DNA of 64,000 nucleotides from an uncultured Gammaproteobacteria bacterium (GCA_964471475.1 CAYYFQ010000006.1:75-64074); one strand, 5' to 3'. Counted from the first letter of the stretch, positions 38,511 through 49,190 are shown. Notes: generated from the sequence alone by a model not told the origin. Numbers and translations: made by a program.

Positions 38511-38576
38511 GTTCATTTTTATGGTACGAAAGTATACAATGAGCATTAATTCATAAATGCTTACGTAGCCTCAACG

Positions 38577-39194
38577 ATGCCATCAATAAAAAATATCGTT
38601 TTTGATTTTGGAAATGTTTTAGTGGAATGGGCGCCACAAAAAGTGGTGACCGAGCTATTGCCAGACCATAACAATTCTATTCAATTAACACAAGATTTAT
38701 TTCGATCCCCTACATGGATCGCCTTGAATGCAGGAAAAATCACAGAAAAAGAAGCAATTCATCATTATCATCAGCATTTAGAGATAGAGCTTCCCTCACT
38801 GAATCGATTATTTGCAGGCATTAAACAGGCACAGCATCCTATTCCCGGCAGTCATGAATTGCTTCAGAAACTACATCAAAGTAAACAATATGCCTTATAT
38901 GGATTGACCGACAACGTACATGAAATTATCGCTTATCTCAAAAAACGATATACTTTTTTTGATTGCTTGGATGGGGTGGTAGTTTCTGCTGAAGTTGGTT
39001 ACTTAAAACCTTCTCGCGAAATATATAAATATTTATTGGACACCCATCAACTGAAACCGGAAGAAACGGTATTTATTGATGATGTGGCGGCTAATATTAC
39101 CGGCGCTCGTGAAGTGGGCATCCATGGCATTCAATTTGAAAATGCAGCACAATGTATGGCTGCATTGGGCACATTAGGCATTGATACGGAGTAA
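38577..39194 (+). CDS. HAD superfamily hydrolase (subfamily IA)
   Basis: Motif I IVFDFGNVL. Later motifs FIDD. Confidence 0.7.
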   Translation: MPSIKNIVFDFGNVLVEWAPQKVVTELLPDHNNSIQLTQDLFRSPTWIALNAGKITEKEAIHHYHQHLEIELPSLNRLFAGIKQAQHPIPGSHELLQKLHQSKQYALYGLTDNVHEIIAYLKKRYTFFDCLDGVVVSAEVGYLKPSREIYKYLLDTHQLKPEETVFIDDVAANITGAREVGIHGIQFENAAQCMAALGTLGIDTE

Positions 39195-39196
39195 AA

Positions 39197-39973
39197 ATGA
39201 CGCATCTTTCATCTCATATTACGGCTCAACCATCTCATTATGATAAAGAAGCCAAACATTACGATACCTTTAATGAAAAAAGTTCAGAATCGACGAATCG
39301 TTTTATTGAAAGTATGTTGCAAAAATATCAGGTGAAGTCCGTGCTTGATTTAACCTGCGGAACAGGTTCGCAAGTTTTTTGGTTATCCAAGCGGGGCTAT
39401 GATGTCGTCGGCGTGGATATTAACGCCAAAATGCTTTCTCAAGCTAAACGCAAAGCCAAAAAAGAAAAGCGTTCGATTCCATTTTTGCAAGGCGATATGC
39501 GAACTGTGAAAGCGGGTGAATTCGATGCGGCCATTACGATTTTTAATGCCATTGGCCATCTCACCAAAAAAGACTTTGAAAAAGCGATTCGCAATATTCA
39601 TCGTAATTTGAAAAAAGGCGGCATATATATTTTTGATATTTTTAATTTGAATTACTTATTGGCCGGCGATAATATCACGAAGCTAACCATTGATTGGCAA
39701 AAACAAGAAGGTGATACCACCGTTCGTGAAATTCAATTTAGCACAATTACGCAAGATGGCGTCCTCGCTTCCTATACAACCTCTTGCGCGCAACAAAAAA
39801 ATAAAAAGTTAAAAGTTACTGAAAGCGCTCAAACGTTGCAGGTATACTCAGCTAAGCAATTAAAAGCGATGTTAGAAAAATGTGGCTTTAGGGTTTTGCG
39901 TCAATGTGGGATTGATGGTACGCGATTGAATGATAAGCAAACGGAGCGTATAGTGACTATCGCAAGAAAATAA
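39197..39973 (+). CDS. Class I SAM-dependent methyltransferase
   Basis: VLDLTCGTGSQ glycine-rich motif I. The 3' end is duplicated as a remnant at 50098-50220. Confidence 0.75.
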   Translation: MTHLSSHITAQPSHYDKEAKHYDTFNEKSSESTNRFIESMLQKYQVKSVLDLTCGTGSQVFWLSKRGYDVVGVDINAKMLSQAKRKAKKEKRSIPFLQGDMRTVKAGEFDAAITIFNAIGHLTKKDFEKAIRNIHRNLKKGGIYIFDIFNLNYLLAGDNITKLTIDWQKQEGDTTVREIQFSTITQDGVLASYTTSCAQQKNKKLKVTESAQTLQVYSAKQLKAMLEKCGFRVLRQCGIDGTRLNDKQTERIVTIARK

Positions 39974-39989
39974 TTCAAAGGATATCCGT

Positions 39990-40604
39990 ATGTTTTATTC
40001 TGCTAGTGAACTACCGCGAGGACTTTTTAAATCGTGCATTGTGCCAAGGCCTATTGCTTGGGTGAGTAGTGTCAGTAAAAAAGGCATTTTAAATTTAGCG
40101 CCGTTTAGTTATTTTAATGCTGTATCGGATGAGCCTCCCATGATCATGTTTTCGACAACAGGTGCGCATACGGAAGGTGATGCCAAAGATTCCTTAAAAA
40201 ATATTGAAGAAACCGGTGAGTTTGTGGTGAATATTGTGAGTTATAACATGCGAGAAGCGATGAATTTATCGTCGGCAGATTTGCCGCGTGATCACAATGA
40301 GTTTGAGCTTTCGGGTGTCACACCAGAATCTTCTGCGCTTATTAAAGTCCCTCGTGTCAAAGAATCGCTGATTCATCTCGAGTGTGCTTATTATTCTTCC
40401 GTACAACTCCCGACTCCTTCGCGGGAGGTTATTAACCGAATGGTGATTGGGAAGGTGTTAGGAATCCATGTTAATCCAAGCGTCATAACAGAAGGACGCA
40501 TTGATATGACTAAGCTTCAACCGATTGCGCGTTTGGGATATAACGATTATGTGAAAGTTGAAAAAGATATTTTTGAAATAATTCGGCCTAAAGCTGTAAG
40601 TTGA
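39990..40604 (+). CDS. Flavin reductase-like FMN-binding domain protein, copy 1
   Basis: The PIAWVSS..NLAPFSYFN flavin-reductase-like fold signature. ~90% nt identity to the copy at 53095-53703. Confidence 0.8.
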   Translation: MFYSASELPRGLFKSCIVPRPIAWVSSVSKKGILNLAPFSYFNAVSDEPPMIMFSTTGAHTEGDAKDSLKNIEETGEFVVNIVSYNMREAMNLSSADLPRDHNEFELSGVTPESSALIKVPRVKESLIHLECAYYSSVQLPTPSREVINRMVIGKVLGIHVNPSVITEGRIDMTKLQPIARLGYNDYVKVEKDIFEIIRPKAVS

Positions 40605-40652
40605 TTATTCCTTAATCAGCAATATCGTCTTTAAATTTGGAAAATAAATGAT

Positions 40653-41696
40653 ATGGTAGACAAAATAAAGTTAGGAAAAGATGGCCCCTGGGTTTCTAAA
40701 ATAGGCTTTGGTTGTATGGGATTATCTGGGCATTATGAAGAGGCGCGCGATGAAGAATCTATGGCAACGCTGCAAGAAGCCTATCAATTAGGAGTCAATT
40801 TTTTTGATACTGCTGATGTTTATGGAAATGGTCATAACGAACGTTTGCTGGGCCAAGCATTGCGAGAAGTGCTGAATAATCATCGAGAAGAGCTTGTTAT
40901 CGCAACAAAATGCGGATTTGCTGCACGAGCTGATGGCACTGCATATATGGATTTTTCTTTTGAATATATTAAACAAGCCTGTGAACGTTCATTAGAACGC
41001 TTGAGAGTTAATTATATCGATGTTTATTATTTACATAGGCAGCCTCCGGAAAAAGATTTTGAAAATAGTATACGTGCCCTTGTTGATTTATTAAAAGAAG
41101 AAAAAATCCATCACGTGGGTTTGTCTGAATTTGATGTGCCCAGTATCGAAAGAGCAAATGATTTACTTACTGAAGCGGGTTACCCTCATGCATTAGTGGC
41201 AGTGCAATCAGAGCTTAGTTTATTATCTCCTGATGTATTACACAATGAAGTGATGGATATCTGTAATAAAAATAATATTAGTTTTGTAGCATTTAGCCCT
41301 TTGTCACGCGCACTATTAGCTGCTCCTGAAAAAATTCATAGAGACGTGCAATTTGCACCAGGAGATTTTCGACGCGTATTACCGCGCTTTCAGGAACAGA
41401 ATTTTGAATACAATTTATGTATGCGAGATCAATTATTGTCGTTAGCAAAAGAACAAGACTGCTCACTACCACAACTTGCGCTGGCATGGGTTATTGCACA
41501 AGGCTCTTGTGTTGTTCCAATTCCTGGCACGCGAACTATCAAGCATTTGAGAGAAAATCTAGGCGCTTTGAATATTCGATTATCTACAGCTGACATAGAA
41601 ACTATGAATAGAGTAGTGGTAGAAGGTGCAAGTGGTGAGCGATACACTGAAGCTATGTTTCAAGAGCAAGGGATCACGCGTGTCCCTGTTGCATAA
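40653..41696 (+). CDS. Aldo/keto reductase family oxidoreductase
   Basis: AKR blocks FFDTADVYGNGHNE, IATKCG, VYYLHR and C-terminal IPGTRTIKHLREN. Confidence 0.85.
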   Translation: MVDKIKLGKDGPWVSKIGFGCMGLSGHYEEARDEESMATLQEAYQLGVNFFDTADVYGNGHNERLLGQALREVLNNHREELVIATKCGFAARADGTAYMDFSFEYIKQACERSLERLRVNYIDVYYLHRQPPEKDFENSIRALVDLLKEEKIHHVGLSEFDVPSIERANDLLTEAGYPHALVAVQSELSLLSPDVLHNEVMDICNKNNISFVAFSPLSRALLAAPEKIHRDVQFAPGDFRRVLPRFQEQNFEYNLCMRDQLLSLAKEQDCSLPQLALAWVIAQGSCVVPIPGTRTIKHLRENLGALNIRLSTADIETMNRVVVEGASGERYTEAMFQEQGITRVPVA

Positions 41697-41707
41697 ATAT
41701 GATTTGG

Positions 41708-41775
41708 CGTAGCCCTTAGTGATAACGCGTAAATCCTAAGTGATTTCCCGACGGATCTTCGCACTCAACAGCGAT
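41708..41775 (-). pseudogene. Remnant of the 3' end of a VOC/glyoxalase-family gene
   Basis: Translates to NLGIAVECEDPSGNHLGFTRYH*, paralogous to the C-terminus of the intact gene at 56031-56381 (INLGIAVECEDPAGNRLGFTSYQ*). Confidence 0.5.
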
Positions 41776-41794
41776 GCCAAGATTTTATTGGCCA

Positions 41795-42109
41795 TTACAT
41801 GATACTTTTTAAAATACTGAGCATGTGATTTTTAATTAACGAATGATGCCTTTCTTTTTCCACTAAATGCAGTTGTGCAGAAGGAATATGCTGAGCATAA
41901 ATTTTGGCATGTTCCATAGGCACTTGAGTATCGGTTACTGGGAGTCCCGCATCCATGGCATCTAATGCTCGATCAAATTTCATAAAAATAGGTTCAGCGC
42001 TTTCACTGTAAACGAACTGCCAGGTATCTTTATCATTACCCCTTAAAGTCACTATTTTTTCTGTTGGCATCTTATCTCTCTTTATATTTTTATCATTTAT
42101 CAATGTCAT
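41795..42109 (-). pseudogene. C-terminal fragment of an alpha/beta hydrolase (paralogous to the C-terminus of the gene at 54599-55882)
   Basis: QVPMEHAKIYAQHIPSAQLHLVEKERHHSL parallels EVPFEDALRLRNSCTAAGTQLASFNHYPQLGH of the intact hydrolase, with the same hydrolase-then-glyoxalase order. Confidence 0.35.
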
Positions 42110-42210
42110 TCAGTTCTGCCTCAATTTCTTCTCGCGTTTGTAGAAGATCCCGATGGATATAAAGTTGAGCTCCTGGAAGAAAAATAAAATTCCATCACAA
42201 TTCGAATTTT

Positions 42211-42696
42211 CTACAGTTTCACTTCCCTTTTCATCGCAATATGTGGAATGCCGTCTTCTTCATAAACTTCGCCATAGGCTTGAAAACCCAAACCTTCGTA
42301 AAATTTTTTTAAATAAAATTGGGCAGAACCCTGTAGAGAAACTCCTGGAAAATGCATATTGCAATATTGCAACAATTCTTGTATCAGTTTTTTTCCATAT
42401 CCATGAGCACGTGCAGATTGGGCGGTCACTACTCTGCCAAAAACAAGGTCAGATTGCGTTTCAGTGGGGGGAAATAAACGTGCGTATGCGACCAGAGAAC
42501 CATTTTCCAAGCCAAGTAGATGAAGCGCAAAAGGATCTTGCCCATCTGGATCAAGATAAGGACATTTTTGTTCTACAACAAAGACATCCGCTCGCAGGGA
42601 TAAAATGGCATACAGTTGCGAAACGCTTAAGGCTGAAAATGAGTAAAAACTGAAATGAATGCCATTGTCTTGCTTCAACATGTAAAAATCCGCCAT
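42211..42696 (-). CDS. GNAT family N-acetyltransferase, ElaA-like
   Basis: 161 aa. Motif A FGRVVTAQSARAHGYGKKL. Overall ElaA-like length and pattern. Confidence 0.7.
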   Translation of the reverse strand: MADFYMLKQDNGIHFSFYSFSALSVSQLYAILSLRADVFVVEQKCPYLDPDGQDPFALHLLGLENGSLVAYARLFPPTETQSDLVFGRVVTAQSARAHGYGKKLIQELLQYCNMHFPGVSLQGSAQFYLKKFYEGLGFQAYGEVYEEDGIPHIAMKREVKL

Positions 42697-43064
42697 TAAA
42701 TAATTATCAATTGCATTGGTTATTCTAACTCAAAATATTAATCTTTAGACAAACTCTATTATCACGCTTCGTAGAAATAATGTCGCATGAAAATAGCAGA
42801 TTCTATCTGATCGCTATTACTCCCCTTCTTTCAAAATTCATTTCTGGAACACCACCTATGGCACCTGTCACTGATTTGTGCGTTGCCCGCGGTTATCAAA
42901 AACGCCCTAGCATTGCCGATTATTTACCTTGGAAAGACTATTCCGAACAACACCGATGCTTTTTATTGGAAGATGGCATGAGCTTAGCCATGGCGTTTTC
43001 TATTAAACTCATTGCCTGCGAAGCGCGGCCCAAAGAAATGTGTTAAATCATGCACACGAGAGGG

Positions 43065-44189
43065 TTATGTTTTTGGAAGACTAGTTGTAAAAATTCCCTC
43101 GGAACTGTCTTCAAAAACGGCTATAAAAGCTATGGTGCGATTTGATAAAGCATTTTCTCCTAGGCGAACGTAACGAATCTTCTTCCCATCAAGCCAATCG
43201 GATTCGGCAATAATTTTTTGAATCTTTCCTTTTTCCCATAAATAAATGCCACTCTTTCTTTTAGCGTCAGTCCCTCTAAATACGGTAAGCATATGATCAT
43301 AAGTTGGGTTAAATAAACCTGTAAAATAATTTTGTGTATGGGGAATGTGTGTTTTGTTATCTGCCAGAGTTTCTACATGATGATTTTGTGCGGTATAAAT
43401 ACCAAAAATATTTTTACCAAAACCCCGAAAAACAACGGTATCACCTTGTAATGAAGGCCCACCAAAGCTGATAAAAAATGTTTTGGTTTTAGGGATATAA
43501 GTATTATGATCAACGAGCATAGTTAATTGTCCATGAAAGTTAGCATAAATGCCATCTTGCCCTTTGTTGTTTTTTCCATTAAATGCCACGACGCTATCAC
43601 TAAGATCAGGATTCCATAGCCGCATAAAAGTTTCTTGTAACTGTGGAAGATGTGTGCTGGCATCAAACAATTTTTTTAATTGTTCTTGATCATATAAATA
43701 GATGTCATTTTGATTGGCTTGAAATAAGATCTGGCCCTTATTAATAAGAGGGTGTGATAAGTTTTTAAATGAGGCTGATTGTTGCACGATGGTATGCAGT
43801 TCTTTTTTATCATAACGATAAATTCCTGCTTGATGTTTTTTATCGATTGCTAAGAAAGCAATTTGATTTTGATCTAATGCAGGTGAACTCAATGTAATAT
43901 ATTGATATGTGTTTTGACTTGTGATGGTATTGCCAAAACTAATGAAAGTTTGGTGGCTCTGAGGGGCAAGAGTGTTTGTATCAACAATGCACTGTAAATT
44001 GCCCCATAAATTGGTATAAATCCCTAATATACCTTGATCATTTACAGCCGTAAAAATCACTTTGTCATAGGCAATATTAGGCGCGGTAAACTGGTGCAAA
44101 TGATTTTTACTATCGACCACTTTAATAAAATTCAATGCATGGATTGACAGAGTAAAGAATAAACTCAACAAAAAAATAATTAAACGCAT
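43065..44189 (-). CDS. Secreted repeat protein (beta-propeller-like; 5-6 repeats of a GIY..G.L..IVD..T.IP motif)
   Basis: Signal peptide MRLIIFLLSLFFTLSIHA. Internal repeats: GIYTNLWGNLQCIVDTNT, GIYRYDKKELHTIV, GIYANFHGQLTMLVDHNTYIP, GIYTAQNHHVETLADNKTHIP, GIYLWEKGKIQKII. Confidence 0.5.
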   Translation of the reverse strand: MRLIIFLLSLFFTLSIHALNFIKVVDSKNHLHQFTAPNIAYDKVIFTAVNDQGILGIYTNLWGNLQCIVDTNTLAPQSHQTFISFGNTITSQNTYQYITLSSPALDQNQIAFLAIDKKHQAGIYRYDKKELHTIVQQSASFKNLSHPLINKGQILFQANQNDIYLYDQEQLKKLFDASTHLPQLQETFMRLWNPDLSDSVVAFNGKNNKGQDGIYANFHGQLTMLVDHNTYIPKTKTFFISFGGPSLQGDTVVFRGFGKNIFGIYTAQNHHVETLADNKTHIPHTQNYFTGLFNPTYDHMLTVFRGTDAKRKSGIYLWEKGKIQKIIAESDWLDGKKIRYVRLGENALSNRTIAFIAVFEDSSEGIFTTSLPKT

Positions 44190-44431
44190 CTTTTTTGATC
44201 CTCACAGATCGCCATATTGAATATGTTACGCTATTAAGCTTCTCTCTCGCAAGCAACGCTTCGCGTTGTCCAAATGGGCAATCCTACCCATTTGTTGCTA
44301 ATGCTTACCCGAATGATGATGAGTTACCAGTTCCTGGGATACGACAGCGTTTAATGCATATGAAAAAGATCATTATGAATTACCAGCCGATATGAGATAA
44401 TACGATAATCTTTTTTTTTTGGAATCCCGTT

Positions 44432-44629
44432 ATGCGTATTCTCCATACAATGTTAAGAGTGCGAAACCTCGAACGAAGCCTTCGATTTTATACCGAAGTA
44501 TTAGGAATGAAATTGCTACGCCAAAAAGACTACCCTGACGAAAAATTTACACTGGCTTTCGTCGGTTTTGGACCTGAAAGCGAACAAGCCGTGATTGAAC
44601 TCACCTACAATTGGGGAGTTGATTTTTAG
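44432..44629 (+). pseudogene. gloA: Lactoylglutathione lyase (glyoxalase I) N-terminal fragment
   Basis: [64 protein letters not shown] is near-identical in pattern to residues 1-65 of GloA. It then ends abruptly. Confidence 0.75.
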
Positions 44630-44633
44630 TGAC

Positions 44634-44942
44634 GCGATGGGTGTCGCACGCGCTATTTTAAAAAATGCACCTATCTCAGTTTTAGATGAGGCGACTTCAG
44701 CCCTTGATTCTGTGACTGAAAAGTTGATTCAGCAAAGTTTACAAAAACTAATGATGGGGCGCACGATGATTGTTATTGCGCATCGACTCTCTACGTTAGC
44801 CAATATGGATGAAATTTTGGTTTTTGATCAGGGTAAAATTGTTGAGTCAGGAACACAAACCGCTTTGTTGAATAACGAAAAACATTTTGCGCGCTTATGG
44901 AAAATGCAAGCAGATGGCTTTTTGCCAGAAGAAGTGCTATAG
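44634..44942 (+). pseudogene. C-terminal fragment of an ABC exporter ATP-binding domain (MsbA-like), joined to the gloA fragment
   Basis: ILKNAPISVLDEATSALDSVTE (Walker B / D-loop), IAHRLSTL (H-loop) and the C-terminal helix. There are no N-terminal TMD, Walker A or signature motif. Confidence 0.65.
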
Positions 44943-45010
44943 GGTTATTTTGTTTTTCAATTTAATTCTATAGATTAATTAAGCGAATGGTTTAATAAAA
45001 GCTAAAGGTT

Positions 45011-46930
45011 GTGTCTGATAGAATAAGCGCACTTTTTCTAATAAACAGGATACAATCCATCATGCCTAGCTCGCAATCGAATGCCTTGCACTTTTTTGTC
45101 ACAACCATTAACGAAAATTTAGCTAAAGAAAATAATCTCCCCGGTGCGATTAATGCCCTTTTACAGTTTGGTCATTATTTAACGACGCATTTTCCTGAAG
45201 AATGTCGGGGAGGATATGAAGCTATACAAGATAAACTCCAGCGAGACTTTTCTGAAGATTTTGCTGAGATCTCTATTTCAAACAGTTTAATATTAAATGC
45301 TATTGCCAGTGCACGAACTCGCATGTCTTCGACAGCGCCAGAATCTTTATCGGAAGAAGAAAAATTAAGATGGGATGTGGACGCGCAACCGTATCATTGG
45401 AAAGAGCAGCTTAATCATCTAGGGCTTGCTTGTCATTGTTTTCTGCCGCTTTTAAATAATCGCGGCAATAATCATGAGGAACGTAACAAAACTCCTCAAT
45501 ACCGTCAAATTACAGCAGATTCTGTTAAAGTTCTTGAAGAACAAGCGATATGTTCCGCTAATAATCCTATTGCATTGTTAGATGTCGACGAAACCGCCGC
45601 TCTTTCAGGCCAAGCTGTCAATAGACCCGAAAGTTATTTTTGGAATAAAGCGCTATTTCAAGCCTTATATGAAAGTGGCGTTCGCGATGTCTATTTTTTA
45701 ACAAATTATACAGTGGATGCGACCCATGGTGTGGCTGATCGAGACTATCCAACACCATCACGATATTTATTGATCCAAGAATTATCAGCCATGGGATTTC
45801 GTATTCATGGGGTACTAACGCATCATGATGCAGAATATCGAAAGCTTCCTGGAGATTATTACCTTGAGCAAATTTTTCCTGTTGAATATAGAATCGCGGG
45901 TTCTGAAGAGTACAAGCCTGCTGATGACGCTCATTTTCAGGCAGCTAGAACGCAGGAAACGGAGTGGTCTAGAGTCAGAGACCCCAATGCTTCGCAATCT
46001 ACACCAAAAGCGGATGGTTATCGAAGATTATTATTATCCTTACCTCCTGAGCGTATTGCTCAGGGATTTATTTTTGTGGATGATAACAAGGGTTATTTGC
46101 GCGAAGTGGTATTCGCTGATGGTCTTCCAGAAACTTCACTCATTACCATTCACTGTGAAGCAGAAGCGGCTATTGCAGACTCAGCGGTAGAAGATTATAA
46201 ATATCAAATCGCTCAATTAAGTGCTCAAGCAAAAGAGGCGTATCAACGTGCCTGGGATGGTGTTGCGCCATCCGCATCGATTCGCGGACCACTTTCGAAT
46301 AACGCAGGTCATATCAATAGCTGCGTTGACTTTTTTACTCAACGCACAAAAACTCATGGAAAAACATTATTGATGTTAGCAAATGCTTTTTCTACAAGCA
46401 TTCCAAATGTCTGCGCTCAAGATCTGAATGCGGCTCAAAATTTATATCAATTGGCCATTATCTATTTAGAAGATGATCGTTTGCGAAAATTAGCTTGTGA
46501 AAATCTTCTTAAAACAATCATCGCAAAAGCTGAAAATCTCGATGCGACTTTTGATGCTGATGATAAAGTTCATGCGGCTAATGTATTTGATGAATTGCGT
46601 CAAACAGCGCTGACTCAGAAAGATGCGATTTTTCAATATCGCTTAGCGCTGGGTTACAAACAAATCGCCTCTGGTTATGCGCAAAAATTGACTGAATATG
46701 CAGAAGCAGGCGGCAGTGCCAATGATGACATTCCAACACGATTAAATCATAATAAGGAAACATACGAACGACTTGTATCTGAAACATTTGATCAAGCCGC
46801 TTTGTTTGCAACAACTTATCGTAAAACTGGATGGGATGCTAATCAAACAACTACATTTGTGACTACTTGCGAACAAGAGAAAGAAAAACCTTTGGTTCAA
46901 GCGTCTAATAAACGTTGTTCTATTATGTAA
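45011..46930 (+). CDS. Hypothetical 639-aa protein with possible HAD-like motifs (LLDVDET ... FIFVDDN); candidate effector
   Basis: Long ORF. A DxDxT-like motif I and a DD motif ~160 aa downstream. Glu/Lys-rich segment near the C-terminus (CEQEKEKPLVQ). Confidence 0.45.
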   Translation: MSDRISALFLINRIQSIMPSSQSNALHFFVTTINENLAKENNLPGAINALLQFGHYLTTHFPEECRGGYEAIQDKLQRDFSEDFAEISISNSLILNAIASARTRMSSTAPESLSEEEKLRWDVDAQPYHWKEQLNHLGLACHCFLPLLNNRGNNHEERNKTPQYRQITADSVKVLEEQAICSANNPIALLDVDETAALSGQAVNRPESYFWNKALFQALYESGVRDVYFLTNYTVDATHGVADRDYPTPSRYLLIQELSAMGFRIHGVLTHHDAEYRKLPGDYYLEQIFPVEYRIAGSEEYKPADDAHFQAARTQETEWSRVRDPNASQSTPKADGYRRLLLSLPPERIAQGFIFVDDNKGYLREVVFADGLPETSLITIHCEAEAAIADSAVEDYKYQIAQLSAQAKEAYQRAWDGVAPSASIRGPLSNNAGHINSCVDFFTQRTKTHGKTLLMLANAFSTSIPNVCAQDLNAAQNLYQLAIIYLEDDRLRKLACENLLKTIIAKAENLDATFDADDKVHAANVFDELRQTALTQKDAIFQYRLALGYKQIASGYAQKLTEYAEAGGSANDDIPTRLNHNKETYERLVSETFDQAALFATTYRKTGWDANQTTTFVTTCEQEKEKPLVQASNKRCSIM

Positions 46931-47385
46931 TCGCTATGTTATGTGTTTAGAAGCTAAATACGAGTGAAGCAAATTAAAAAGGCAAAACGAGCAATCCACG
47001 TGTGGGTTTATAGCACGTAGATTGCGCCGATTTGCTTGTAGTTTCATTATAATATAGTTTTTCAAATTATTATCGCTGCCATTCACTATAAGCATTAGCG
47101 AAATTTTAGCGGCAGAAATGGTGGTAAATGAAATGATGAAAATTAAAGTGCCAGAGTTGAATGATTAGCGTGAGTTATCAAATGAAAATTACTTGCATTC
47201 CCTCCTTATTTGTTGGATTGTTACCGTTGCATGGGCTGGGGCATTTCCTATTGAGGGATCAACGAATGCGAGTAATGATGCAAAAGCCGCGGCGGTGATT
47301 GCTCAGCGCGCTGTAAATTTATAGGCCATACTTAAATTTTTTTGTACCTGCTTTTTTATTGAGTTTAATGCGTGGATGTCTCATC

Positions 47386-48486
47386 TTAGGATGGTTTTTG
47401 TATTTTTTGTAAAAGGGTATTTGTAAAAACTTGCCCAGGCATGAGTAAAGCAAAATTGTTTCCTCCCCACCCATTAATTTGTGCAGTAAGAATTATTTTT
47501 CTACCAGGAATCCACATAAAGAGACTGCTATATCCATCGACAACACCGGTATACCACCATGTTAAACCATAGCCGGGGATTTCTAATGAAAATATACCTA
47601 ATCCATAACGGGAACCGGCGGGTCTAGGGGGAGTGCGTGGAACAGGAACCGTTGTCATCAGTTGATTAATGGACGCTTGCGATAATATTTTTCCAGGTGT
47701 AAATAAAGCTTGGGTCCAAATGACAAGATCAGTAGTGTTCATGAGCATACTCCCTGCCGGGCCATAATAAGATGGATTTACATCGTTCATATCTTGGTTG
47801 TTAAAGTAAGGGTGTGCTTTTTGATTTTGTACTTTGGTCGAATAGTTGCTGGCTGAATAATAACTGTGATTGAGATGCAGTGGTTTGAAAAAACGTTGAT
47901 TAAATTCTTCCGCAAGGGTGTGATGCGTTACTTTTTCAATTAAGATTCCTAATAAATAATAATTGGTATTGGAATAAGACCAGGCTTTTCCCGGGGTAAA
48001 CTCATCTTTTTCTTCATAAGCCATATCTACAAAAAAAGTAGGAGAATGATAAGCCGTGGGTTGAGATTGTATGAGTTTTTTAAAGCGTATGGTTTGTGTG
48101 AAATTAGGAATGCCGCTCGTCATATTTAACAGTTGACGGACTGTTACGGATCCCCATCGAGGATATTCAGGAAAATATTAATTCATCGAGTCATCAAGGG
48201 CGAGTTGATGTGACCGCTGTAATTGCAAAATAGTGGCGGTAATAAATGTTTTGGTAATACTACCTACGCCAAAGATATTAGCTGCGGTGATTTTTGTGTT
48301 TCCTTCTTGAGTGGTTGTTCCACTGAAAAAATATTGAGTAGATTGATGTGGTTTTTGAACAGCTACTGCAACGGCAGGGATTTTATTCTCCGAACGCCAT
48401 GTGTCAATAAAACTTTGAATACTATCTGTTGAATCGCGATTTAGATTCAAATTCTGCAGCACCGAATAATTCCAGCAACACAACAT
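47386..48486 (-). pseudogene. Serine hydrolase / beta-lactamase-family (class C-like) gene disrupted by an in-frame stop or frameshift near 48123-48178 and lacking a proper start
   Basis: The upstream piece has the GVGSITKTF SxxK motif. The downstream piece begins MTSGIPNF (class C LLxHTSG-like) and carries a later WYTG-like block. The two ORFs are co-linear but separated by stop codons. Confidence 0.55.
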
Positions 48487-48833
48487 TAGTGAAATTTTTC
48501 CCGAACTCTCAAGCAGCGCAGTAGTCGATTACCAGTGTGGTGGGTGATCAGAATATTACGACCTGTATAACCGATATCAACTGTCAAAAATCGCAACGCG
48601 GGGTAGCAGGTCGAGGCTTATTACCATGAATTACCAGCTGCTCTTCTGCGATGCCCACGCTTTGTGCAGAAAATATTCGCGATAATCTGACAAAATTAGT
48701 TTCGAATCAAACTTTCATGACGAATGAAAACTAGGAATGGCTTGATAATAAGTAGATTTCCAAATAGGGGAAGAAATCTCAATGCATAAACCTACGGTAG
48801 GCAATACTAAGGATAGCAAAAAGACAATTGTTT

Positions 48834-49190
48834 TTAAGCCGTATAAGACAACGGTGCAGGAGCGCTTGTATTACCAAGATTTAGATCTCTGTTCGGCTGT
48901 GGAGCGCTCAATGAAAAACCTCTCAATGCGGATAATCTTTGCGTCATTCTCTCCGCTTTATCAAGCTTGCCCAGTAAACGATAGCTTACCTCGGCTTGAT
49001 GCAAATAAACTTGCGCTTCTCCATGTTGTCCAACTTTTAATAGCGCTTTGCCTAATTGCCAAGCAGAATCTGCCAATCGAAAGAAAGCCGCTACACGCCC
49101 CAAAAATAAATCAGGGAGATTTTCAGGGTGAAAATTTCCAGCGACAACGCGTGCCCAATGAGACGCCAAAAAATTAGCGGTGACCGCCAT
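48834..49190 (-). pseudogene. Truncated paralog of the N-terminal module of the PDF-GNAT fusion protein
   Basis: MAVTANFLASHWARVVAGNFHPENLPDLFLGRVAAFFRLAD is ~80% identical to residues 1-41 of the 34888-36879 protein. It then diverges and terminates after 118 aa with no downstream domains. Confidence 0.5.

Noticed and set aside
42153-42653. 166-aa ORF on the + strand
   Set aside because: It lies entirely antisense to the well-supported ElaA-like GNAT gene (42211-42696) and has no domain signal. It is a shadow ORF.
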